From: Planctomycetia bacterium
Lineage (GTDB): Bacteria; Planctomycetota; Planctomycetia; Gemmatales; Gemmataceae
Length of the DNA stretch: 43,301 bases
NCBI GenBank assembly: GCA_009918525.1
Contig: RGDT01000001.1
Coordinates: 1 to 43,301, forward strand
Direction: 5' to 3'
Part shown: positions 27,464 to 36,111 of the stretch, piece by piece
Layout: every line of letters starts with the position of its first letter
How positions within the stretch are numbered: the first letter of the stretch is position 1
The notes under the pieces: model-generated
Seen by the model: the letters and a program-made list of their open reading frames with translations, nothing else
Databases searched by the model: none
Told to the model about the DNA's origin: nothing
Made by a program: the position numbers and the translations under genes

Positions 27464-28138
27464 TTAGCGCTTGCCGATAGGATCGATAGCATGGGCTGTG
27501 AAGTGTAGTGCGTTCATTTCGGCAGGCGTCATGGTACCGGGCGTGGCGCGATTCCGAGCAGTGCACAGCCAGCGTTGGGCCGGGTGTCGTTGCGCTAGGG
27601 CCGTCCAAACACGATAGAGATACCAAGCGGGTCGAGCTTCGGATGGTCGAGTCAGCTCGGAGAGCGTCAGTTCGGCTGCCGCCTTGCACAACAATTCCTC
27701 CGCTCCTCGCCGGGCATCGGCATCCCCTAATTCGGCCTTGCGTTCGGCCAGCAACAAAAGCCCGATCCCACGGTTGAGGTGTTCGGCATAATAGTCGCCT
27801 TGCTTTTCCGCGATTTCCATGAGGCGAGTATGACAGCGAATTACGTGATCGTCACCCAGTGCCGGGTTCATTTGTGCCGCAATGAGGAAGCGTTCGAGTT
27901 GTCCGCGAGCCTCTCTCGAGCGCCCCACGCGGAGAAAAACGTCCGCCAGATGCCAGCGTATGAGAAAATGATCAGGACGAGCGGCAAGATAGGCTTGCAA
28001 GGGGTCCACAGCATCCGCCTCACGACCCATCGCCAAATAACAGGCGGCCAGACCCAAATGGCTTTGCACGTGGTCCTGGCTCAGACGTAGGCTCAGGCGA
28101 AACTGGCCGATCGCTTCATCGAATCGGTCCGCTTCCAT
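27464..28138 (-). CDS. Tetratricopeptide-repeat protein (the true N-terminus probably lies at 28239 in another frame)
   Basis: TPR-like helices (FDEAIGQFRLSLRLSQDHVQSHLGLAACYLAMGREADAV...). The frame is open upstream of ATG 28138 and reads ..IPYAYADDGAEKAYQAGQKA without any start codon. Confidence 0.75.
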   Translation of the reverse strand: MEADRFDEAIGQFRLSLRLSQDHVQSHLGLAACYLAMGREADAVDPLQAYLAARPDHFLIRWHLADVFLRVGRSREARGQLERFLIAAQMNPALGDDHVIRCHTRLMEIAEKQGDYYAEHLNRGIGLLLLAERKAELGDADARRGAEELLCKAAAELTLSELTRPSEARPAWYLYRVWTALAQRHPAQRWLCTARNRATPGTMTPAEMNALHFTAHAIDPIGKR

Positions 28139-28322
28139 GGCTTTTTGTCCGGCCTGATAGGCTTTTTCGGCCCCATCATCGGCATAGGCATAAGGTATAA
28201 AAATAAGGAAATGAAAATAAAAGCGTAACGAGTGTGCATTCTGCGCCTCCGGCGCGGCAGGGGAGGTTCACAAGGATTACATCGGCCGCGCGGATTGGAG
28301 GGATTGAGAGAAAAGGGAGAAC

Positions 28323-28571
28323 TTAGACCTTGCCTTTCTTGAGAAATCGCAGAAGCCACAACAATGCAAGGGAACCGATGACGGCGGTGACCAGTTGGCC
28401 AAGCAGCCCCGTAGTGGAAATACCAAGCAGTCCGAAGAGAAAGCCGCCCAAGATCGCGCCCACGACGCCGATAACTAGGTCGCCCGCGAGACCAAAACCG
28501 CTACCTTTCCAGATTTGTCCGGCGAGCCAGCCAGCTGCCAAACCGATGATCAGAAACCAAAGAATGTCCAT
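28323..28571 (-). CDS. GlsB/YeaQ/YmgE-family (transglycosylase-associated) small membrane stress protein
   Basis: MDILWFLIIGLAAGWLAGQIWKGSGFGLAGDLVIGVVGAILGGFLFG is the family pattern. ATG 28571 is preferred because GAGGTGGG lies just upstream. Confidence 0.85.
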   Translation of the reverse strand: MDILWFLIIGLAAGWLAGQIWKGSGFGLAGDLVIGVVGAILGGFLFGLLGISTTGLLGQLVTAVIGSLALLWLLRFLKKGKV

Positions 28572-28715
28572 TTTGCCCACCTCATCGCGTGACGAAAACT
28601 ATTTTCATTGTAGTCTCATTCTACGAACGCGGTAGAATGGGGAATAGGCAGATGATTTTGCTCAATTACCTTGATTGGCTGCGGTAGTCTATCTGTAGTT
28701 TGCGAGGATTCTACC

Positions 28716-30062
28716 GTGCTTCACCGTCGTGATCTGATGCTTGGGCTTGGCCTTGGAGCCATGTCTCTGCCACGTTTGCTGGCTAGCCCACGGGCTGGTT
28801 TGGGACGGGCAAAAAGCTGTATCCTCATCTTCCTTTGGGGTGGTCCTCCGCAACAAGACTTGTTCGATCTCAAGCCCGACGCACCGGTTGGTATTCGTTC
28901 GCCGTTCAAATCCATCGCCACGAATGTGCCGGGTATTACCTTCAGCGACCGCTTGCCGCGTCTGGCTCAGAATGCCGATAAGCTGTGTGTAGTTCGCAGT
29001 GTATCGCACCCAAGTAACGAACACGAAGCCGGTGTCTTTCACATGCTCACGGGGCGTCCAAACCCCTCTTTGCGTGTTCCGATGAACCAGCGCAAACGCA
29101 GCGACTTTCCGAATATTGCTGGCGTCATATCACGCTTCAGCCCGACCGGGCCGCTTCCCGCTGCGGTTACCGTTCCTCAACCGATTGGCCATGATGGTAC
29201 GACCTATTCCGGTACGTATGCGGGTTGGCTTGGGCCGCAGCATGATCCGCTGGAAATCAAAGCGGCTCATCGTGCCAAAGACGAACCCGTACCTCTTGCA
29301 CCCCACCCTGAAGTAGGGATTGAGCGGCTTCTGGCTCGTCGCGCGTTGCTCAACCGACTGGAGACCACTGAACGTGCCTTACAACGGGCTGGAGCGACAT
29401 CAGGGCTAAACGAATTTCACGAACAGGCTTTACGAATGGTGTTGTCCCCGGCGGCTCGGTTGGCCTTTGACCTCGACCGCGAACCACCTACTCTCCGCGA
29501 ACGCTATGGCCGAAATCCCTACGGTGATTGCTTCCTGTTGTCACGGCGACTCGTGGAAGCAGGTGTGCGGCTTGTGACGTTTAATTGGCTATATGTAACG
29601 CCTACCGGGGTATTATCCAACGTCTGGGATAATCACGGTGGTACAGGTGCCCTGGGTGGTATCACGGGGTACGCCATGCTCGATGCTCCTTATTGCTGTC
29701 CGCCTTTGGATCGGGGACTATCGGCTCTTTTGGAGGATTTGCACATCCGCGGCCTTCTCGATCAGACGCTGGTCATGGTGATGGGTGAGATGGGCCGAAC
29801 ACCCAAGATTAACGCCACAGCCGGGCGCGATCACTGGGGCGCGGCTCAGAGTGTGCTGCTGGCTGGGGGCGGTGTTCGCGGAGGGCAGGTGTACGGCGCG
29901 ACGGATGCTCAAGCGGCATTTGTCAAGGATCGTCCCGTGAAACCTGAAGACCTCTTGGCCACAGCCTACACCGCATTAGGAATTGCCCCCGAGGGCGAAA
30001 TGCACGACCGCGAAGGTAGACCCTATCGTGCCAGCGAAGGAAGGGCTATCGACGTATTTTAA
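28716..30062 (+). CDS. DUF1501 domain protein (sulfatase-fold, Tat-type signal)
   Basis: VLHRRDLMLGLGLGAMSL is a twin-Arg signal from GTG 28716. The C-terminal region has MGEMGRTPKINATAGRDHWG, typical of DUF1501. The track start TTG 28671 is also possible. Confidence 0.8.
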   Translation: MLHRRDLMLGLGLGAMSLPRLLASPRAGLGRAKSCILIFLWGGPPQQDLFDLKPDAPVGIRSPFKSIATNVPGITFSDRLPRLAQNADKLCVVRSVSHPSNEHEAGVFHMLTGRPNPSLRVPMNQRKRSDFPNIAGVISRFSPTGPLPAAVTVPQPIGHDGTTYSGTYAGWLGPQHDPLEIKAAHRAKDEPVPLAPHPEVGIERLLARRALLNRLETTERALQRAGATSGLNEFHEQALRMVLSPAARLAFDLDREPPTLRERYGRNPYGDCFLLSRRLVEAGVRLVTFNWLYVTPTGVLSNVWDNHGGTGALGGITGYAMLDAPYCCPPLDRGLSALLEDLHIRGLLDQTLVMVMGEMGRTPKINATAGRDHWGAAQSVLLAGGGVRGGQVYGATDAQAAFVKDRPVKPEDLLATAYTALGIAPEGEMHDREGRPYRASEGRAIDVF

Positions 30063-31087
30063 GATCTATTTTCGCTACTCGCTGTGCCGGCTTCCAGAGT
30101 GTCGGCTTCAGGGACTGGCGGGCCTGTTAAGGAGAGCATAGTCCCTCTCTCCTCAAAATCGCAACTAGGCGTATTACCCGTGTACCACTCGACGAGGAGG
30201 TTTCCGCCTAAAATCAAAATGCCGCCGATTATCAGGGGAAGGGTCAACTCGTCGTAATCCTTCGAGCCAGTCAACAACCGAATGCTGACGCTGAACACCA
30301 CGGTGAAGACTGGCTCTAATAGATAGATTAAAGCTGCACGACTTGGACTGACCTGGGGTTGGTAGGTGTTCATCCAGTGGAACCCCAACGCGGTCGGAAA
30401 GACGGCCAGAACCACGAGAATCCATGCTCGTTTCGAGTCGGACAGCATGTTTCCCGTCCAACCGATCCAATTCGTCACCCCATGCCCGGTCGCGGCAAAG
30501 GCGATGGCCAGCAAGCCTGCGCCCAGTCCGTTCGCCAGCAAAAAGGCGGGGCTGAGCATTTCAGCCCTTAGCGCCTTGCCGAATCGGTCCAGTAGAATCA
30601 TTTGCACGGCAAAAATCACGGAAGCTCCAAGCGTTAGCCATTCCCCCCGGCCGAGCTTCCATCCTTCGACGAGCACGGCGCAGCCGACAAGACCAATGCA
30701 CAGACCCACCAGCGTCAGCGGGGCAACGCGCTGGCCCAAACACAGGGCGATGAACGGTACCCAGGCCGAACAGATGCAGGTAAAGAATGCCGACAGGGCG
30801 GGCGTGGTGTGTGCTAACGCCCACGTCTGGAGTGCGAACCCAGCCAGAAACGCCAAACCGATGATCATGCCAGCCCATCGTTCGGCAGAGTTGGCCCGAC
30901 GTAAGTGTGGTTGCCAGGCTAGCAAAACGCCCAGAGCCACTAGCATTCGCAGCGAGATGAGAGTCAGGGCCGAGAGTAACTCATCAACACCGGATCGCTC
31001 GCTGGCTGTCTGCCATGCGCGCGTGCATGGGAAAGACACGCCCCAGACCAACGTCACGCCCACCAATCGCAGTGACGCTCCGCTCAT
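30059..31087 (-). CDS. DMT-superfamily (EamA-like) transporter
   Basis: Ten hydrophobic segments in two halves and an EamA-like N-terminus LVGVTLVWGVSFP. Its ATG overlaps the stop of the LutA-like gene (ATGA). Confidence 0.8.
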   Translation of the reverse strand: MSGASLRLVGVTLVWGVSFPCTRAWQTASERSGVDELLSALTLISLRMLVALGVLLAWQPHLRRANSAERWAGMIIGLAFLAGFALQTWALAHTTPALSAFFTCICSAWVPFIALCLGQRVAPLTLVGLCIGLVGCAVLVEGWKLGRGEWLTLGASVIFAVQMILLDRFGKALRAEMLSPAFLLANGLGAGLLAIAFAATGHGVTNWIGWTGNMLSDSKRAWILVVLAVFPTALGFHWMNTYQPQVSPSRAALIYLLEPVFTVVFSVSIRLLTGSKDYDELTLPLIIGGILILGGNLLVEWYTGNTPSCDFEERGTMLSLTGPPVPEADTLEAGTASSENRS

Positions 31088-31800
31088 GTAGCCTCCAGAA
31101 CCTCGGCGAGATGGAGCGTCTTGATCGCTTTCCTTTCACGCCGCAAATAGCCACCCATGTTCATCAAGCAACCAGCATCGGTGGCGACCACGGCGTCTAC
31201 GCCGGCGTTTTCTATAAATCGACACTTGTCACGAACCATCGCGCCGCTGATGTCTTGATAGCGTACCGCGAAAGAACCACCAAACCCGCAGCATTCGTCG
31301 GCTCGTTCGAGGTCGATCAAGGTTAAATCACGCACGTTTCGTAGTAGGCGAATCGGCTCGTTGAACAGCCGAAGCCCTCGCAAGTGGCACGACATATGGT
31401 AGGTTACCCGGCCGGGAAAACGAGCACCGACATCATCGCGGCCCAGGACGTTCACAATATAATCCGACAATTCGTGGGTGCGTGAGGCGAGTTCCAGAGA
31501 GCGTTTGTGCCAGGATGGTTCGTCTTTGAACAGTTCGGGAAATTCTAGTTTCACCATTGCGGCACAAGAACCCGAGGGAACCACCACGCGTTCGGCTCGC
31601 TCGAATGTTTGAATCGTGTGCTTTGCTAAGTTCCGGGCATCGTCGTGATAACCGCTGTTGTACTGGGGTTGGCCACAACAGGTTTGCCCGGTAGGGAAGC
31701 TCACCCTGACACCCATACGGCGTAGGAGACGTGTGGTGGCGACCCCGATTCGCGGGAAAAGCACGTCGCTCAGACAAGTCACAAGCAGCGATACGTTCAC
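31084..31800 (-). CDS. LutA/YkgE-type (Fe-S)-binding protein with two cysteine-rich CCG domains
   Basis: VSLLVTCLSD...GQTCCGQPQYNSGY...PSGSCAAM, then SCHLRG...ECCGFGGSF...DAGCLMNM. GTG 31800 (GGAGAG 9 nt upstream) gives the usual length of about 238 aa. The track start TTG 31872 overlaps the upstream stop. Confidence 0.8.
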   Translation of the reverse strand: MNVSLLVTCLSDVLFPRIGVATTRLLRRMGVRVSFPTGQTCCGQPQYNSGYHDDARNLAKHTIQTFERAERVVVPSGSCAAMVKLEFPELFKDEPSWHKRSLELASRTHELSDYIVNVLGRDDVGARFPGRVTYHMSCHLRGLRLFNEPIRLLRNVRDLTLIDLERADECCGFGGSFAVRYQDISGAMVRDKCRFIENAGVDAVVATDAGCLMNMGGYLRRERKAIKTLHLAEVLEAT

Positions 31801-31868
31801 GACACCAACTCTCCGGTTTTGCTTGCAGGAGCCGACGACGCGAATCGTCGGGTTGACCAGGATTCGAG

Positions 31869-33683
31869 TCAACTAGGCGATCGGGACGGGGAAGCGAGAG
31901 AGTTATCTCGACGTACACGTTCATCCAGAGCCGCGATTGCCGGCGGCAAACGCCGCAACGCCAACTGTAATCGCTCGAACGGTCCACCGCTCGTGGCCGG
32001 CCACGCTGCCAGCCATTCGCTTATAGGGCCACTGAGGTGGCGTCGTTCGATTTCCAGTTGTCGCGTTCGTGTGGCTTCGCGTTCGGTGTCAACGACTTGT
32101 TGCCCCAGAAATTCGACCAGTTTGTGCGTGATCGACGCGACCAACGGAACCAACACAATATCGTGCAATCCGATCCCGCCTGTCAGCACGGTTCCGGCGA
32201 TGGCCGCGGCGTCCAGAGCGAATTTTCCGGCTCGCAAGCCATTCAGAGCGAGCGGATTTTTTTCAAGCTGTTCGTAAATATTGCGTGCCGTGCGATCGAC
32301 TTCCGTGGCGAGACTCGCTTGATAGTCGCGATAAGCACTGGCGAAACGCTCTTTGAACTTACTATCCATGTCGGCAGTCTGGAACGCTTGACTGAGGTGC
32401 GCCCATAGGGGATGTTCGCCTGATCGTCGTAAGGCTTCTTTTCGCAGCTCGGCCGACCAGCCAGCCAGGGACTCGTCGAGGACCGCTTCTTCGGGACGCG
32501 TGGGAACCTCCGGGCGAGTGATGGCCTTGCTCAACCATCCGCCGACCAAGCGAAACGGCGTACGCACGACGTAAAGAACTCCGGAAAGCGCTTGTCCGAT
32601 GCCGGGCAGATCGAGCAGAGCGATCAGACGGACGAGGGCTTCGTCGAATCCGCGAAACTTCTCGGTTGCCAGATACTCCCGTTCATAGCGTTTGTCGAAC
32701 TCTTCCTGTCCCGTGCGGACGAGGCGGCTCCAGGCTTCCAGTGCCTGGACATCCGGGCGAGCCACTTCGAGCAGAGCCGCTTGTTGTGCGACGAGATAGG
32801 CGGATGCTCCCAACACCGTACGACGGCGAGCAACTTGTGGCGTACTGCCCAGCACGGCCACCTGATTGAGCAACGGTATACGATAACGCGCCGCACCCCT
32901 TACGGGATCGGCTCGTTCTTCGGCAGTGAGAAAAGGAATCGCCAGGACGCCCACTGCACCTTGCCCTTCGGGCATTTTGTCCAGGACCTCGCTTTTGAAG
33001 TGAGCCAACAAGGCCGGAGCGTCTTCCTCACGCATTTTGACCAGGACGCACACGACGGGTTTGCCCGTCTGCAGTAGCATTCGCAAGAATTGCGTCGGAG
33101 CCTCGTCGTTGTAGCGTTCGTCCGAGGCGACATAGATGATAACGTCGGCCAAGGCCGCGGCTTCGAGGAGTCGGGATGTGTAGTTTTGCGCTGCCCAGGT
33201 GGTCATGTCCGGGCAGTCCCAGACAACCCAGTCGTTCAGAAGCGTGAAGGTGTTCGGTTCGAGGGGCACCCGGCGAATTTGGTAGACGTCTTGATCCAGG
33301 GACGAGGCGGCCGGTTGAGTTAAGCGAGATAAGGTGCCCAGGAACCCGAGGTAGTTTGCCCAAGCGAGGGGGCCAGGGATACCGGTGAAAGCGATCGGAT
33401 GACGGGTGAAACCGGCCTGCGGATTGGCTTCGCTGGCCGATGAACCAGAAAGCATGTTGGATACAGTTGACTTGCCCGCCCCTGCGCCACCAGTGACGAC
33501 CACATGCAGCGGAGTCGGCTCCTGGCCATCGAGTGTTGGACCGATGCTGTTTCGGACCAGAGCTGCTGCTAATCGCAACCGTGCGGCACCCGTGGCATCC
33601 TTAGTACGAAGTGCGTGCTGCTCTAAATAACCGAGGTCGTCGGCTAATTGCTGTGTCAGAGTTCGAGTCGAGAGAGTGTCCAT
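31869..33683 (-). CDS. Atypical P-loop NTPase/GTPase (dynamin-like or GTPase+DUF697-like) with a long helical, membrane-associating C-terminal half
   Basis: G1 VVVTGGAGAGKST, possible G2 FTRHP, and G3-like VVWDCPDM. There is no canonical NKxD (VLVKMREED sits at the expected spot). A C-terminal hydrophobic Gly-rich segment reads AAAIAGTVLTGGIGLHDIVLVPLVASI. Confidence 0.6.
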   Translation of the reverse strand: MDTLSTRTLTQQLADDLGYLEQHALRTKDATGAARLRLAAALVRNSIGPTLDGQEPTPLHVVVTGGAGAGKSTVSNMLSGSSASEANPQAGFTRHPIAFTGIPGPLAWANYLGFLGTLSRLTQPAASSLDQDVYQIRRVPLEPNTFTLLNDWVVWDCPDMTTWAAQNYTSRLLEAAALADVIIYVASDERYNDEAPTQFLRMLLQTGKPVVCVLVKMREEDAPALLAHFKSEVLDKMPEGQGAVGVLAIPFLTAEERADPVRGAARYRIPLLNQVAVLGSTPQVARRRTVLGASAYLVAQQAALLEVARPDVQALEAWSRLVRTGQEEFDKRYEREYLATEKFRGFDEALVRLIALLDLPGIGQALSGVLYVVRTPFRLVGGWLSKAITRPEVPTRPEEAVLDESLAGWSAELRKEALRRSGEHPLWAHLSQAFQTADMDSKFKERFASAYRDYQASLATEVDRTARNIYEQLEKNPLALNGLRAGKFALDAAAIAGTVLTGGIGLHDIVLVPLVASITHKLVEFLGQQVVDTEREATRTRQLEIERRHLSGPISEWLAAWPATSGGPFERLQLALRRLPPAIAALDERVRRDNSLASPSRSPS

Positions 33684-33688
33684 TCAAC

Positions 33689-33708
33689 CCGACGATTGGC
33701 GTCGTCGG
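33689..33708 (-). promoter_or_regulatory. GC hairpin abutting the NTPase start codon
   Basis: On the minus strand, CCGACGA-CGCCAA-TCGTCGG ends 5 nt before ATG 33683. It could occlude the ribosome binding region. Confidence 0.3.
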
Positions 33709-33767
33709 CTCCACTGGTACAGTTCCGGGGGGAAACCGCAGTGGCCTCTTTTCCCCCATACAATCAA

Positions 33768-33786
33768 GCCGACTACGCTGGTCGGC
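33768..33786 (-). terminator. Terminator-like hairpin after the multiheme cytochrome gene
   Basis: GCCGAC-CAGCGTA-GTCGGC on the minus strand is followed by TTGATTGT. On the plus strand it is followed by ATTTTGTTGTT. Confidence 0.4.
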
Positions 33787-33821
33787 ATTTTGTTGTTATC
33801 CTATGGTTTAGTTTTCTGTTG

Positions 33822-35024
33822 TCATCGACTCCATTTGCGATCCAGAATTACCTGACCATCGTCGGGTTGCGTTTGGTAGCGATACCGCGTGATGAGCACT
33901 CGCAACGAGGGCACTCCTGACGGTAGTCGCACTCGTTTAACAAACGGCTCGCCTGGTCGCAGTCGAGTATCCGCGCCTGCTTCGCCGTGCCAAAAAGGCT
34001 GCGTAACTCGACGGGCAAAAGTGGTTTCCTCTCGATAATCCCCGGCTTCGAGTGTCATCACCAAACGCCGTTCCACGAATCCAGTTGGTAATCGATGCCC
34101 TACCTTCGAGGGGGTCAAACGAACTTCCGCGAAAGTTCCCGAAGTTGTGTGTGTGAAACCAACCTCTAATTCCAATCCGGGTGTCCCGGTTGAGAACGTG
34201 TGGCCCGCCTTGTTGTGACATTCCTGGCACCCCATTCCAGCGCGGCCTGCGGGGCTGTCGAGCCATTCGCTATAGGTCGTGTATACCGGAATGCCGAAGA
34301 CGTTACCTTCGTGACACGCCGCACAATAGCGACTATCGCGGTGCAACGGCGAATAGGCATCGTCGCCTCGGTCGGCGTCGTCGCGCGGCCCAAAAAATAG
34401 CTGACCCTTCGATGGTCGCAACAACTTCAGCAGAAAGCGTCCATGTGTCAGACCGATATCGCCCGCGTTGAGGTCGTGTACTTTGTGGCAATAATCGCAG
34501 TGAACGCCTGAGAGGGGGCCCTCTGCACGACGCAAATCGAAAAAAGCTAGGTCATCGTCGCGCAACCCTGGAGCGTGACACGAGGTGCAGACCCCCGCGC
34601 CGTCGGGTTTCTCGTCGATCACTCGGCGGTAGTATCGACGAAATCCCGCGCTAGTGGCAGAGCCTGAGTGCGCGCCGCCCGACCATTCGTTGTAAATTGT
34701 TTGATGGCAACTCGCACATTCGGCAGGGGCTGCCCACTGATAATCAGCATCGTCGTGTTTCGGTAACGCCTTCAGTGTCAAGCGGATGCTGGCGTGCCCG
34801 GAAGCACCCGTGATGAAGTGACCTGCCAAACTTGCGGTAAATCGTTCTCCTTGTGGCAGCGTGAAACGGCCGTGGGCATCGGCGATCGACACGTGGTGTG
34901 TATTCTTGACACGCACCGTGGCTCCCGGTGGAGCATGGCCGCGTACCCAAACAGGCCGAGGCGACGGCGGTAACAGCCAAGCCAACAGGCTAGCCAAGAA
35001 AAAAAGGGGGATCAATCGTGACAT
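33822..35024 (-). CDS. Secreted pentaheme c-type cytochrome (cytochrome c554 / multiheme family) with an N-terminal beta-sandwich (CarboxypepD_reg-like) region
   Basis: Five CxxCH motifs: CASCH, CTSCH, CDYCH, CAACH and CQECH. CASCHQTIYNEWSGGAHS is typical of the c554/multiheme family. Signal peptide MSRLIPLFFLASLLAWLL runs from ATG 35024. Confidence 0.8.
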   Translation of the reverse strand: MSRLIPLFFLASLLAWLLPPSPRPVWVRGHAPPGATVRVKNTHHVSIADAHGRFTLPQGERFTASLAGHFITGASGHASIRLTLKALPKHDDADYQWAAPAECASCHQTIYNEWSGGAHSGSATSAGFRRYYRRVIDEKPDGAGVCTSCHAPGLRDDDLAFFDLRRAEGPLSGVHCDYCHKVHDLNAGDIGLTHGRFLLKLLRPSKGQLFFGPRDDADRGDDAYSPLHRDSRYCAACHEGNVFGIPVYTTYSEWLDSPAGRAGMGCQECHNKAGHTFSTGTPGLELEVGFTHTTSGTFAEVRLTPSKVGHRLPTGFVERRLVMTLEAGDYREETTFARRVTQPFWHGEAGADTRLRPGEPFVKRVRLPSGVPSLRVLITRYRYQTQPDDGQVILDRKWSR

Positions 35025-35129
35025 AGTTTGTGACTCCGGCAAGTCTTCCTGGCGCATCGGTCTTGCTCGCAGGCTAGTCTCTGAGATATGTTAAGCCGGG
35101 GAATCTTGGTTGGGCAGGAGCGTGAACTT

Positions 35130-36095
35130 ATGAGCGCGGGAATCGGGTTCCGAGGTCGTATTCATGACGATATTACCCAGTGTGTCGGCTCGACGCCGCT
35201 CATCCGCCTGCGCCGTGTGGTGGGGGATGCTCGTGCCACGGTCGTCGGCAAGGTCGAAAACTTTAACCCGCTGTGGAGCGTGAAAGACCGTATCGGCATC
35301 GCGATGATCGACGAGGCCGAAAGAACGGGTAAGCTCAAACTGGGTGGCACGATTGTCGAACCGACCAGCGGGAATACCGGGATTGGTTTGGCATTCACGG
35401 CAGCTGCCCGGGGTTACAAGTTAATGGTTACGATGCCTGAAAGCATGAGCCAAGAGCGATTCAGGCTGCTCAAGGCGTTCGGAGCCGACGTGATCCGCAC
35501 TCCGCGAGAGTTGGGGATGCGGGGTGCTGTTGCTCGGGCCCGGGAACTATTGGAAGCCAATCCCGGCTGGTATATGCCTCAACAATTCGAGAACCCAGCC
35601 AACCCCGAAATCCACCGCAAGACAACCGCCGAGGAAATTTGGCGAGATAGTGGCGGCGAGATCGATATCCTCGTATCGGGTGTTGGTACAGGCGGTACCA
35701 TTACTGGCGTGAGTGAGGTCATCAAGAAACGACGTCCGGGCTTCAAAGCCATCGCGGTTGAACCGTCGGCCAGTCCGGTCCTCACCCAAACACTCAATAA
35801 ACAGGAAGTGAAACCAGGGCCTCATACCATCCAAGGCATCGGCGCCGGATTCGTACCCAAAGTCCTTAATCTCAGCATAATCGACGAAGTAATTCAAATC
35901 GCCGACCAAGAAGCTTTCGAGATGGCCCGTCGCTTGGCTAAAGAAGAAGGTCTTTTGTGCGGCATAAGCTGTGGGGCAGCCGCAGCCGCAGCCGTCAAGG
36001 TAGCCCATCGCCCGGAAAATGCGGGCAAGACGATTGTCGTGGTGCTACCGGACTTGGGCGAACGCTATCTCAGCACGGCCTTGTATCCCGAGTAA
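35130..36095 (+). CDS. cysK: Cysteine synthase A (O-acetylserine sulfhydrylase)
   Basis: [11 protein letters not shown]-lysine motif [23 protein letters not shown] and [15 protein letters not shown] lies 10 nt upstream of ATG 35130. Confidence 0.9.
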   Translation: MSAGIGFRGRIHDDITQCVGSTPLIRLRRVVGDARATVVGKVENFNPLWSVKDRIGIAMIDEAERTGKLKLGGTIVEPTSGNTGIGLAFTAAARGYKLMVTMPESMSQERFRLLKAFGADVIRTPRELGMRGAVARARELLEANPGWYMPQQFENPANPEIHRKTTAEEIWRDSGGEIDILVSGVGTGGTITGVSEVIKKRRPGFKAIAVEPSASPVLTQTLNKQEVKPGPHTIQGIGAGFVPKVLNLSIIDEVIQIADQEAFEMARRLAKEEGLLCGISCGAAAAAAVKVAHRPENAGKTIVVVLPDLGERYLSTALYPE

Positions 36096-36111
36096 ACCGC
36101 TTGAACGCCCA

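Noticed and set aside
28093-28359. 88-aa minus-strand ORF as an independent gene
   Set aside because: Its upstream half overlaps the GlsB gene out of frame and is Arg/Pro-rich. Only the part from ATG 28239 (MHTRYAFIFISLFLYL) makes sense, as the displaced signal peptide of the TPR protein.
30366-31091. 241-aa plus-strand ORF
   Set aside because: It is antisense to the EamA/DMT transporter. Its Pro/Ser/Arg-rich sequence has no motif, whereas the transporter frame gives ten regular hydrophobic helices.
33655-33680. GTTCGAGTC T-loop-like string, considered as part of a tRNA
   Set aside because: It lies inside the NTPase coding region, and I could not draw acceptor, D or anticodon stems around it.
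35050-35067. TGGCGC-N7-TTGCT upstream of cysK, considered as a sigma54 promoter
   Set aside because: The spacing is 2 nt too long, and sigma54 tolerates essentially no spacing change. It also lacks the conserved TGGCAC core.
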